A stretch of DNA of 64,000 nucleotides from the IMG/VR virus record IMGVR_UViG_3300025010_000010; one strand, written 5' to 3'. Below the pieces are notes generated by a model that had not been told where the DNA came from, made no database searches, and worked only from the letters and a program-made list of their open reading frames with translations. The position numbers were made by a program, and so were the translations under genes. The number at the start of each line of letters is the position of its first letter. Position 1 is the stretch's first letter. Below, piece by piece: positions 52,690 through 61,470 of the stretch. This DNA is from a virus.

Positions 52690-53613
52690 ATGCTCAACAT
52701 AAAACAATTATATCAGGATTTTCACCTAAATGGGATAACATCTGGACATAAACACTGCTCAGGTGGATGGATTCATATTGAGTGTCCATTCTGTTCCGGC
52801 AATCTCGGTTATCATTTAGGGTATTGTTTTGATATTCAATCTAGATTTTTTGATAAATTTGTTTGCTGGCGTTGTGGCGGGAAATCCCAGAGAAAGGCAC
52901 TTTCAGGACTTTTACGAATCTCAACTTATGAAGCTGATGAAATAATAAGAAAATATACCGTTTTAACAATTCAAAAAAAGAAAGAGATAAAACGAAAAAG
53001 CAATTTCAAATTTCCGGGAGGGATGACCGATCTACTGCCGCATCATGAAACATATCTCAAAAAGCGCAAATTTGACCCAGAACTGATTAAAAATAAATAT
53101 GGGGTAAGAAGTACCGGTCCACTTGCCCCACTGGAAATAGAGGGCAAAACACTCGATTATAGCCACAGAATAATTATTCCGGTTGAGTGGGAAGGTGAAA
53201 TTGTTTCATTTCAGGGACGGGATATTACTGGAAAACACAAATTGAAATATATCGCCTGTCCCCAGGAATTAGAAATAATCGAACATAAAACAATCTATTA
53301 TGGGAATCCAATAAATGAACGATGTGTAATTGTTGAAGGGGTTACGGATGTTTGGCGTTTAGGAAATGGGGCCATTGCTCTATTTGGGATCAAATACCGA
53401 TTGGAGCAAATCAGAAAATTAGCAAAAATGAAAGAAGTATTTTTATTATTTGACCCTGAATCTCAAGCCAGAAAACAAGCTGAAAAAATATATTCTGAAC
53501 TTTGTTTTCGAGGGATAAAATGTTGGAAATTACCGGATTTGAAAACTGATCCAGGGGATATGGAACAAGAAGAAGCGGATGAATTAATGTTTAAATTGGA
53601 GATGAGGAAATGA
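52690..53613 (+). CDS. DNA primase (zinc finger + TOPRIM)
   Basis: HKHCSGGWIHIECPFCSG zinc finger; TOPRIM motifs VIVEGVTDVWRL and LLFDPESQARKQAE. Confidence 0.75.
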   Translation: MLNIKQLYQDFHLNGITSGHKHCSGGWIHIECPFCSGNLGYHLGYCFDIQSRFFDKFVCWRCGGKSQRKALSGLLRISTYEADEIIRKYTVLTIQKKKEIKRKSNFKFPGGMTDLLPHHETYLKKRKFDPELIKNKYGVRSTGPLAPLEIEGKTLDYSHRIIIPVEWEGEIVSFQGRDITGKHKLKYIACPQELEIIEHKTIYYGNPINERCVIVEGVTDVWRLGNGAIALFGIKYRLEQIRKLAKMKEVFLLFDPESQARKQAEKIYSELCFRGIKCWKLPDLKTDPGDMEQEEADELMFKLEMRK

Positions 53614-53807
53614 AACAGATAGAATTTGATGAAGTAAAACAATATTTAGAAAACGGTTATTCCCAATTCATTTCAAAAGATTTTCTGACCCATTTTTCAA
53701 CTGAAGAAGGAGTTGTCAAAAGATTAAATCTTGAAACAAAAATGGAAACCGTTTATTCCAAGCTCCCAACAGGATTTTATATTGGGTTGATAAGGGAAAA
53801 GAAATGA
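53610..53807 (+). CDS. hypothetical protein
   Basis: ATGA-coupled 65-aa ORF. Confidence 0.5.
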   Translation: MKQIEFDEVKQYLENGYSQFISKDFLTHFSTEEGVVKRLNLETKMETVYSKLPTGFYIGLIREKK

Positions 53808-53995
53808 AAATACTAATTGATTTATCGGAAATCCCGGCCTGTGAATTGATCCATTTTCATAACGGAATCATTAAAAAATTGGGAGAAAATCACGAAACAG
53901 CAATTGCCATCCGGGAATATCTCTCAAAAGATAAATCTTGGACAGTTAAATATTTTAAAGGTAATAAAGAGATTTCATCTATCATCATAAGATAA
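53804..53995 (+). CDS. hypothetical protein
   Basis: ATGA-coupled 63-aa ORF. Confidence 0.5.
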   Translation: MKILIDLSEIPACELIHFHNGIIKKLGENHETAIAIREYLSKDKSWTVKYFKGNKEISSIIIR

Positions 53996-54042
53996 TGAAA
54001 TAATTAATAAAAATATCCCTTTATTTTCCCTTAGATTTTTAA

Positions 54043-54048
54043 TATAAT
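54043..54048 (+). promoter_or_regulatory. candidate -10 box (aaTATAAT)
   Basis: In the 240-nt intergenic region. A TTTTCCC element upstream also appears before the 56174 box. Confidence 0.3.
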
Positions 54049-54101
54049 AAGCCAGAAATAAGGATACCCTGACTGATCATCGGGGGAAGCTGCCCAGGCT
54101 G

Positions 54102-54135
54102 GAAGGTTGATATTACGCCAATTATATCAACCTTC
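54102..54135 (+). other. perfect 12-bp hairpin (10-nt loop) in the intergenic/leader region
   Basis: GAAGGTTGATAT-tacgccaatt-ATATCAACCTTC. A second hairpin, TTGCGG-attcacg-CCGCAA, lies at 54152-54170. Confidence 0.5.
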
Positions 54136-54236
54136 TTCCCTTTCAATTAACTTGCGGATTCACGCCGCAATTGGCGAGGTTCAAATGACATTTCTATTTT
54201 TTCATTGCCATTTGCAATCTCTAAAGGAGGTAGTAA

Positions 54237-54533
54237 ATGGGCCGATCAAAACAGCATTATGAACCAAATCTTACAATTAGCAAAAACCTTATAAAAGAAA
54301 TTGGTTCATTTCCAGCACTTTATTATTCTTATCTTCTTTCAAAAATACCTTTCATAAAAAATGAAAATAAATCCGGTAACGGCTATTTTTCTATTTCAAT
54401 CAAGGAACAATCCGAAGATTTAAAAACAGGTAAGGAAAAAATAAATTCACTTCGAATTGAACTTGCCTCATTAGGATTAATTTCTGTAATAAAATTTGGA
54501 TTTCCGGCTAAATTTTATTTTAAAATTTTATAA
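54237..54533 (+). CDS. small winged-helix-like protein, paralogous to the N-terminus of the next gene
   Basis: GYFSISIKEQSEDL...LASLGLISVIKFGFPAKFYFKI here, against GWFFLTEQEQMENT...INEVGFIEIKRKGIPAKLFYKI in the 54546 gene. Confidence 0.55.
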   Translation: MGRSKQHYEPNLTISKNLIKEIGSFPALYYSYLLSKIPFIKNENKSGNGYFSISIKEQSEDLKTGKEKINSLRIELASLGLISVIKFGFPAKFYFKIL

Positions 54534-54545
54534 TAGGTAAATATT

Positions 54546-55541
54546 ATGACTGAATCAAAAGAATTATTTTTTCAATTATTTTCACAAAATTCATTTCTAA
54601 AAATAAATAAAAAAATCCTCATGATTTTTGGCCCTGAATTTTCAGTCGTCCTTTTAAATTTAATTGATAAATTTGAATATTTTGATCAAAGGAATATGAC
54701 AGAGGATGGATGGTTTTTCCTTACAGAACAAGAGCAAATGGAAAATACAGGAATGTCATTAGAGAGACTTCAAAAAACAAAAAAGAATATTAACGAAGTT
54801 GGATTTATTGAGATAAAAAGAAAAGGAATACCGGCCAAATTATTTTACAAAATAAATTACCAAAAAATCATGGGATTTTTAGAAATAAATAAGGAAAATA
54901 CAACAATTGATGATGAAAATATTAGGATAACAACTAATAACAAGTTATGGCTAATATCGGTAACTGGAGGAATCAGAGAACGGTCACAAGTTATGGCTAA
55001 TATCGGTAACTATATAAGGAGACCTAAAGAAGGAGACCTAAAGAAGGAAACTAAAAATATGGAGCGTTCTCGTCTTCCTATTTCTCAGGAAAATAATTCT
55101 TCAAAAAAACCTTCCTTAAAAGAAAGGAATGAAAAGTTCCTCCCCTTGGCTGAAAAGCTATCAAAAACAATCTCCTCAAAAAAGAATATCATTCATACGA
55201 CCAAACAATTAAATCAATGGTCCAATGAATTTCGTATCCTTGAAGAACAAAATGGAATTGAATTAAAAAGACAAAGAAAAGTCCTTTATGAATATTCAAA
55301 GATTTTTGGGCTTGATTATGTTCCTGAAGCTGAAAGCGGTTCAGCTTTTCGGCAAAAGTTTATAAAGATTGAAGCTGCAATTGAGCGCCATAAAAATCCT
55401 CGTAAAAACAATCAACAATCCAAACCAACCAATAGATTCATGTCTAAAAATAATGCTCCTCGGGATAGGATCGATGTAGTTGTCGATAATGGAGTATGGA
55501 CAAGATTAACCAATGAGAATGGAGATAGACTCAATGTTTGA
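54546..55541 (+). CDS. replication initiator-like protein (wHTH N-terminus, basic C-terminus; carries iteron-like DNA repeats)
   Basis: It lies immediately upstream of the DnaC-like loader. The N-terminal wHTH-like domain matches the paralog upstream. DNA-level repeats sit in the linker-coding region. Confidence 0.5.
   Translation: MTESKELFFQLFSQNSFLKINKKILMIFGPEFSVVLLNLIDKFEYFDQRNMTEDGWFFLTEQEQMENTGMSLERLQKTKKNINEVGFIEIKRKGIPAKLFYKINYQKIMGFLEINKENTTIDDENIRITTNNKLWLISVTGGIRERSQVMANIGNYIRRPKEGDLKKETKNMERSRLPISQENNSSKKPSLKERNEKFLPLAEKLSKTISSKKNIIHTTKQLNQWSNEFRILEEQNGIELKRQRKVLYEYSKIFGLDYVPEAESGSAFRQKFIKIEAAIERHKNPRKNNQQSKPTNRFMSKNNAPRDRIDVVVDNGVWTRLTNENGDRLNV
54940..55011 (+). repeat. perfect 26-bp direct repeat x2 (54940-54965 and 54986-55011), period 46 bp
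   Basis: ACAAGTTATGGCTAATATCGGTAACT appears twice. The two copies are read in different codon phases, so this is a DNA-level rather than a protein-level repeat. Confidence 0.9.
55017..55058 (+). repeat. 14-bp tandem repeat (2 perfect + 1 degenerate copy)
   Basis: AGGAGACCTAAAGA AGGAGACCTAAAGA AGGAAACTAAAAAT. The period is not a multiple of 3. Confidence 0.9.
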
Positions 55542-56151
55542 AAAATTATTGGAATATGGAGTTCCTTCAAAGATTGCTAAAATTGCATATAAAATTTACA
55601 GAGAAGGGAATCAAAAATTTAATTTAGGTGAAAGTATTTATTTTACCGGGGAATCAGGAGCAGGCAAAACAATATCTTCTGTTCTTGCCTTGATTTATCA
55701 TATTGAACAATGGAAATTACATCCTAAATCATGGAATGATCCAAGAGCGGCAATTTTTATCAAGGAAAATGATATTGTTGAATCAATCAAAAACAGTTAT
55801 TCCCGACCAAATATAATAATCCGGGATTATGATGAAACAATAGAAGAAAATCCATATAGGGAACAAAAGGATTTTGTTTTTACCGCTTCTGAAATCCTGA
55901 TTAAAAGATACAAAGAAGTTGAATTGTTAATTGTAGATGATTTTGGAATAGATAAAACAACGGATTGGTCCTATGTTATGTTGTATTCAATCCTTGTTGC
56001 AAGATACGAGTGGGAAAGACAAATTATCTTTACTTCAAACTATTCCTTAAATGAATTGGCTGAAAAACTTCAAGACATCCGTTTGACTAATCGGATTTCT
56101 GATTGGTGTACTATTGTTCAGATGAAAAATAGAGATTTTAGAAAAAAATAA
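55534..56151 (+). CDS. DnaC/IstB-like AAA+ helicase loader
   Basis: Walker A YFTGESGAGKT, Walker B LLIVDDFG. Start chosen after GGAGA. Confidence 0.6.
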   Translation: MFEKLLEYGVPSKIAKIAYKIYREGNQKFNLGESIYFTGESGAGKTISSVLALIYHIEQWKLHPKSWNDPRAAIFIKENDIVESIKNSYSRPNIIIRDYDETIEENPYREQKDFVFTASEILIKRYKEVELLIVDDFGIDKTTDWSYVMLYSILVARYEWERQIIFTSNYSLNELAEKLQDIRLTNRISDWCTIVQMKNRDFRKK

Positions 56152-56173
56152 GCTAGATTTCTCTTTTCCCGAG

Positions 56174-56179
56174 TATAAT
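56174..56179 (+). promoter_or_regulatory. candidate -10 box (gagTATAAT) flanked by an 8-bp inverted repeat
   Basis: ATTTCTCT (56158-56165) and AGAGAAAT (56202-56209) bracket the box. Confidence 0.3.
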
Positions 56180-56314
56180 AAAGAAAAAGATAGCCGTCGG
56201 AGAGAAATTTATAATCTATTTTAAGAGTTTTTTACCTGACCCATATCTTCCTATTCATTTTAAAGAAAATCGTTCTACGGGCAAATTAGATATCTAGAAT
56301 CGAGTGTTGATAAA

Positions 56315-56590
56315 ATGAAAATAACCTGGAATTATATTTCAATATTTGTTATTGGATTTGGAATAGGAGCGTTATTTACCGAAAATTATCTTGATAAAAT
56401 CAATAAGGCAAAAAATCAGGAAGAACTTGAAATCAAATTGGAAGAATATTTAACTTATTGTGATGCAAGATTGCTTTCTGTCCTTAATTCACTTGATATG
56501 CGTTGCCTTGGAGAAGTAAATGCAGCAGATGGGGAAGTGATTTTATACCCTGATTGGGTAAAACCAAAATTTATAAAAGAAAAAGAATAA
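56315..56590 (+). CDS. membrane protein
   Basis: N-terminal TM (ISIFVIGFGIGALF). Confidence 0.55.
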   Translation: MKITWNYISIFVIGFGIGALFTENYLDKINKAKNQEELEIKLEEYLTYCDARLLSVLNSLDMRCLGEVNAADGEVILYPDWVKPKFIKEKE

Positions 56591-56602
56591 TTGGAGGATT
56601 CA

Positions 56603-56779
56603 ATGCCAGATATTAAATTTAAATATGATCTTGATCAATTGGTAACAACTGTTTTTGGTGATTCAGGAATTATTTCTATGCTTGGTTTTGATGAAGGTGG
56701 ACAAAAATATTTTGTCCAAACAAAACAGGATGGAATGTGGCTTAAAGAGGATAAAGTTTTTGAACATATCAAGGATTAA
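56603..56779 (+). CDS. hypothetical protein
   Basis: ATG after GGAGG. The track start at 56591 is a TTG. Confidence 0.5.
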   Translation: MPDIKFKYDLDQLVTTVFGDSGIISMLGFDEGGQKYFVQTKQDGMWLKEDKVFEHIKD

Positions 56780-56881
56780 CTTAAAATTTATAAAGGAGAA
56801 AATGCCTATGGAAAAATAAAAAAGCAATTTAGGAAATTGCAATTGTCTTCAATCAAAATTGGTTTGATTCGGAATGAATTT

Positions 56882-56917
56882 GGCCGGGAGGAAATTAAAA
56901 ACTCCCGGCCTATTTTT
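56882..56917 (+). terminator. intrinsic terminator
   Basis: GGCCGGGAG-gaaattaaaaa-CTCCCGGCC followed by TATTTTT. Confidence 0.7.
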
Positions 56918-56934
56918 GAATTTAAGGAGGGAAA

Positions 56935-57162
56935 ATGGCAAGAAAGAAAGGAGATTGCAGTGATATACTTTTAAAGGAATCAGTATTGACTGATTGCATT
57001 TGCCCAAGATGTAAAAAGAAACATCAAGTTAAATTGTTCTGGACTGGTCAACTTCCTGCCCGTAAATTCTGCCTTAGCTGTTTAGCAACTGTGAATAAAA
57101 TTGGTGATAATCCTCATTGCCAAAATAAAAATCAAGGATATGCAAGGCCAGGACAACCGTAA
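56935..57162 (+). CDS. small zinc-ribbon protein
   Basis: AAGGAGGG RBS; CPRC...CLSC. Confidence 0.55.
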   Translation: MARKKGDCSDILLKESVLTDCICPRCKKKHQVKLFWTGQLPARKFCLSCLATVNKIGDNPHCQNKNQGYARPGQP

Positions 57163-58691
57163 TGTCTGAGCAATTTATCGAAAGAAGAATCATTATTGGC
57201 CTGATTACCAATGATGAATTTCTAAGATTTATTTCTGAAAAATTTCAAGATCAATATTTTCAATCCCAAGCGGCAAATACCATTGCTTCATGGTGTATTC
57301 GTCATTTCAATACTCATAATAAATCACCACAAAGAGATATTGAATTAATTTTTGGATCATATAAAAGACGAAATATCCTTACCCAAGAACAAATTGAAGA
57401 TATTGACGATATTTTAACCAGCCTTTCGGGGGAATATGAAACCAATGAATATTCCTTTTCTGCATTAATTGATGAAACAATAAATTATTTTGATGAACAA
57501 AAGGTAATAAAACTTGCTGATGAAATCAAGCAGCTTGCAGAGCAAGGTGATTTATCACAAGCAAAATCAATAATTGAAAAATATTCCCCTTTTGAAAAGG
57601 AAGAAAAATCCGATCCCGATTTCTTTGCCGATAATATTGATCGAACAAGAAAAATATTCGAGGAAGTTTCCGAATCAATAATTGAATATCCTGGGAAATT
57701 AGGAAATTTATTGAATAGGCATTTTGTAAAAGGTGGCTTTGTTGGATTTCTTGGGCAAGAGAAAGTTGGCAAAACCTGGATCTTGATGGACATTGCCTTT
57801 CAAGCCATGAAAAATGGGAGGAATGTTGCCTTTTTCGCTGCTGGGGATATGAACCGGGAAGAAATGGAATTAAGAAAATATATCCATCTGGCAAGGAGAA
57901 GCAATGAAGTTGAATTTTGTAAAGAATTATTAATACCTGTTGCTGATTGCTGGAAAAATCAAACAGGAGAATGCCAATCTGCTCCTGGAAACAGCCCATT
58001 TATCGAGGAAAAGAAGCCATTTAAACTTGAGGGATTAGCCAAGAATTATTTACCGGCATTTAAAACCTATTCAGATCATATACCATGTGCCAAATGTGCT
58101 GGCACCCATGAATATATTGGTGCCCCCTGGTTTAGAATAAAGGAAAAATGTGAACCATTGACTTGGAAAGAAGGATATGAAATTGAACGTAAATTTGTAA
58201 AAACATTCAGGGGTGGAAAATGGAGATTTGCTGAATATCCGGCGGATACATTAACCACCAGGATGATTGATAATAAATTAGATGAATGGAAACAGGAAGG
58301 ATTTGAAGTCGATGTAATTTTGGTTGATTATCCCGATATTATGGCTACAGAAAAGGATGATCAACGTAAGGATTTCCGGCATGGGGAAAATTCTAAATGG
58401 AAAAAATTAAGGGCTATGGCCCATCGGCGGAATGCATTCATTGCCGCTGTTACCCAGGCAGATGGGAAAGCTCTTGGGAAAGAATGGATTTCACTAGATA
58501 ACTATTCGGAAGATAAACGGAAATATTCACATGCAACAGCCTTTTTTGGTTTGAATCAGACTGACGATGAAGCAGAGCTGGGGTTATTTAGGATAAATCA
58601 GTTGATGGTGAGGTCCGGGAAACGGGGTAAAAAATATGTTACAGTCCTTCAGAGATTGGAGATTGGCCGGGCATTTTTGGGGAGTTATTAA
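57162..58691 (+). CDS. DnaB-family replicative helicase
   Basis: DnaB-like N-terminal domain, Walker A GFLGQEKVGKTW, Walker B ILVDYPDIM, and a RecA-like C-terminal core. Confidence 0.75.
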   Translation: MSEQFIERRIIIGLITNDEFLRFISEKFQDQYFQSQAANTIASWCIRHFNTHNKSPQRDIELIFGSYKRRNILTQEQIEDIDDILTSLSGEYETNEYSFSALIDETINYFDEQKVIKLADEIKQLAEQGDLSQAKSIIEKYSPFEKEEKSDPDFFADNIDRTRKIFEEVSESIIEYPGKLGNLLNRHFVKGGFVGFLGQEKVGKTWILMDIAFQAMKNGRNVAFFAAGDMNREEMELRKYIHLARRSNEVEFCKELLIPVADCWKNQTGECQSAPGNSPFIEEKKPFKLEGLAKNYLPAFKTYSDHIPCAKCAGTHEYIGAPWFRIKEKCEPLTWKEGYEIERKFVKTFRGGKWRFAEYPADTLTTRMIDNKLDEWKQEGFEVDVILVDYPDIMATEKDDQRKDFRHGENSKWKKLRAMAHRRNAFIAAVTQADGKALGKEWISLDNYSEDKRKYSHATAFFGLNQTDDEAELGLFRINQLMVRSGKRGKKYVTVLQRLEIGRAFLGSY

Positions 58692-58742
58692 AAAAAAATA
58701 ATAAAAAGCAAAATATTTTGGTAGTTTTTTTATATTTTTCAG

Positions 58743-58748
58743 TATAAT
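58743..58748 (+). promoter_or_regulatory. candidate -10 box (cagTATAAT)
   Basis: In the gap between the helicase gene and the 58815 gene. Confidence 0.3.
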
Positions 58749-58814
58749 AATAGTGACAATAGGTTGTCGGCAAGATGCAGACAATATTTAAACCAAAATA
58801 TTTTGGAGGAAACC

Positions 58815-59576
58815 ATGAGTGAGAAGGAAACGGTAACGAGGGGTGAATTGGTCAAGGCAGCCAAGGAGCTTAATGATGTGCTGTTTGAGGAAGATGACAA
58901 GCAGCGCATTGATATCAAGGCAAATGCCAAGGTGCTTGATCAGAAAATCCGGGAAGCCAGCACCCTGCTGGCCGATGATGATGAGATGTCCGAGGAAACG
59001 CTTGCGACCCTAAAGACTATTGGTGCTGACTTGCCGGAATCAATGGGTGGTACGGCAGGCGGCGAAGAGGGTAACGAAGAAACCGGAATGACTGATGCCG
59101 AAGAGCGAGAACAGGGCGAGCCGGTTGAGACCGAAAAGATTGATACCACTGCTGCTGTAAAATCTGCCAAGGTTGCCAAGAAAGTTGCCGAACTTCAGGC
59201 TATTGCCAAGGAAATGGGTGTTCGGATTGCCCCGCCCTTCCTGAAGGACTTGAAGAAATGCCGTGACTATGTGGTTGAGAAGCTCCAGAAGCTGGCCACT
59301 GAGGGTCGGCCTGTAAAAATGGCGAATGCTACCAAGACACCTAAGAAATCTTCAGGTGAAAAGCGTTATACCAGGGCGCAGTCCTTAGCGGATGCCATCA
59401 AGGCCGGGAATACTGCCAAGGCAGAAATTATTTCTGAATCCAACCGCCTTTTTATCGAGAAGGGTGGCAAGGATAATGAAAAAGAAGCTGCCTGGATTTG
59501 TAGCCAGGGCCTTGCGGTTCTTGCCGCATACGGCGTTGTAACTGTCGAAGGCAATACCGTTACCATTGTGGAGTAA
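58815..59576 (+). CDS. hypothetical acidic/basic bipartite protein encoded by a GC-rich patch
   Basis: GGAGGAAACC RBS. Composition is clearly GC-richer than the flanks (hand count 35/60 at 59041-59100). TAATG coupling to the next gene. Confidence 0.6.
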   Translation: MSEKETVTRGELVKAAKELNDVLFEEDDKQRIDIKANAKVLDQKIREASTLLADDDEMSEETLATLKTIGADLPESMGGTAGGEEGNEETGMTDAEEREQGEPVETEKIDTTAAVKSAKVAKKVAELQAIAKEMGVRIAPPFLKDLKKCRDYVVEKLQKLATEGRPVKMANATKTPKKSSGEKRYTRAQSLADAIKAGNTAKAEIISESNRLFIEKGGKDNEKEAAWICSQGLAVLAAYGVVTVEGNTVTIVE

Positions 59577-60631
59577 TGGGTCACGGATTAAATGTGAGAG
59601 GGGACAGTGTATATTGCCCCCTCTCTTTTTCACTTGACAGTTATTGGAACTGTTTAACAAACTGTCATCATTGCTATCTGCGCAGATTAAACAGAACCTG
59701 GGGGCAAGACCTTCGCCCAACCTCCCCAGAAGAATTAGATATTAAATTGAGAAATGGGGTATTAAATAAAAATCCTAAATCCCCAATTGCGCATTGCCTT
59801 GCCAATAAAAAAACAATTCGTTGGGGTAATAAAACCGATCCTTTCCAAAAAATTGAACTTCAAAAACAAGTAAGCAAAAAGATTTTTGAAATTTTGATTA
59901 AACATAATTGGTCTTTTGTAATTCAAACAATGCACACAGATGTTTTGTTGAATTACGAAAGCCTAATTTTTAAGGCAGCTCAAAAGAAACTCATAACAAT
60001 AATGCCTGTTGTTTCCCCTGGCCTTGAAAGGGATTGGGAAATTTTGGAGCGGAAAAGAACAAATTCCCCATTGGAAAGGCTTGAGCATTTATCAAAATGG
60101 ATTAAACAAGGAATTCCGGGAGGAATAAATGGAGAACCATTTATTCCTGGTTTTCATAAAATATCTGAATTTGAAGATGCCGTCAAGTTGTTAAAAAATT
60201 ATAATATCAAAAGTTACAATACGTACAACCTTCATTTTAATGATCATGTGGCGAAAAATTTTCATAGTATTGGGTTAGATATTGAAAAAATATGGTTTAT
60301 GAATCAGGATCGACAATGGAAAAGAATTTTGAGGAAATTAATGGAAATTTCTCAAAAACACAATATCATCCTTGGTTGTCCTGATTTTGTTAATACCGGG
60401 CCTAAATGGATTGAAAAGGCGAATACTTGTTGCGGAATAAATGTTCCTACCCCAACAACATTTAATACTCATTTTTGGAAAAAGAAAATCCAAGAAGGGG
60501 TTAAACAAGAAGAATTTTTTGATCAGTCTTTTGATGGCTCTGGAGATTATGAAGAAGGAAAGAAAATAGTTTCGGAAAAATCATCAAAATTTTATACATT
60601 ATTTGATTCCGGGGTATATAATGATATTTAA
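59576..60631 (+). CDS. radical SAM protein (SplB/COG1533 'DNA photolyase-like' type)
   Basis: CLTNCHHCYL CxxxCxxC cluster close to the N-terminus; ~350 aa. Confidence 0.7.
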   Translation: MGHGLNVRGDSVYCPLSFSLDSYWNCLTNCHHCYLRRLNRTWGQDLRPTSPEELDIKLRNGVLNKNPKSPIAHCLANKKTIRWGNKTDPFQKIELQKQVSKKIFEILIKHNWSFVIQTMHTDVLLNYESLIFKAAQKKLITIMPVVSPGLERDWEILERKRTNSPLERLEHLSKWIKQGIPGGINGEPFIPGFHKISEFEDAVKLLKNYNIKSYNTYNLHFNDHVAKNFHSIGLDIEKIWFMNQDRQWKRILRKLMEISQKHNIILGCPDFVNTGPKWIEKANTCCGINVPTPTTFNTHFWKKKIQEGVKQEEFFDQSFDGSGDYEEGKKIVSEKSSKFYTLFDSGVYNDI

Positions 60632-61466
60632 TCATACCCCGATAGAATTATATAAAATTGATAATCATATTGTTTATGTTAAAAGAGAAGATAAAATTGT
60701 TTCCGATAATGGCCCAACCTTTTCAAAAATTAGAGGATTAATCCCGGTATTAAGCCGATTAAAACAAGCAGGTTTTATCCATATAGGATATACAGAAACG
60801 AATATTTCTATGGCTGGCTGGGGAGTAGCCTGGGCCTGTAAAAAAATCGGTTTAAAATGTATAATTTTTGATCCTCAATACAAAACAAAACAGCCATTAC
60901 TTGATTTTCATAGAAATCAATGGCGAGAATTTGAAGCAGAAATAATTCCTATTCAGGCCGGTAGAGCCAAGGTCAATTGGTATATTTCAAAAAAGAAACT
61001 CAAAAACAAATATAAAAATTCATACCTATTGCCGCTTGGATTGAAATTTCCTGAAACAATTGATGCAACATATGAAGAAGCCATTTGGACAAGAGCAAAT
61101 TCAAAAATAAAATTTAATACAATTATTTTGTGTATAGGAAGTGGAACTATTGGGGCAGGAGTCATTAAGGCATTTAATGATGCTAAAATTTACGGAATCA
61201 TAACCCGTTCCTGTAATGTTCAAAATAAGATACATCATATCGAGGATATTGGCGGATTTACTCAAAACGGTTTTTTTAAAAGGGATTTTGAATTAATTGA
61301 TGAAGGCTGGGAATATACAGAAAGAAGTAATATTGAACAATTGTTTCCTTGTCATCCTTGGTATGATTTGAAAGCGTGGGAATGGCTTTTAAACAACATA
61401 AATAAACTTAAAAAACCAATATTATTTTGGAATATTGGAGCCTTGCCAAAAGAATTTAAAGGATAA
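60621..61466 (+). CDS. PLP-dependent fold-type II enzyme (ACC deaminase / D-cysteine desulfhydrase / Trp-synthase-beta-like)
   Basis: Candidate PLP lysine in GPTFSKIRGL; Gly-rich phosphate loop CIGSGTIGAG. Confidence 0.5.
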   Translation: MIFNHTPIELYKIDNHIVYVKREDKIVSDNGPTFSKIRGLIPVLSRLKQAGFIHIGYTETNISMAGWGVAWACKKIGLKCIIFDPQYKTKQPLLDFHRNQWREFEAEIIPIQAGRAKVNWYISKKKLKNKYKNSYLLPLGLKFPETIDATYEEAIWTRANSKIKFNTIILCIGSGTIGAGVIKAFNDAKIYGIITRSCNVQNKIHHIEDIGGFTQNGFFKRDFELIDEGWEYTERSNIEQLFPCHPWYDLKAWEWLLNNINKLKKPILFWNIGALPKEFKG

Positions 61467-61470
61467 AATA

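Noticed and set aside
54940-55058. Possible CRISPR array (26-bp direct repeats). The 30-bp tandem at 16561-16667 was also considered.
   Set aside because: The first has only two copies with one 20-nt spacer inside a coding gene. The second is spacer-less and in-frame. There are no cas genes. Neither is a CRISPR.
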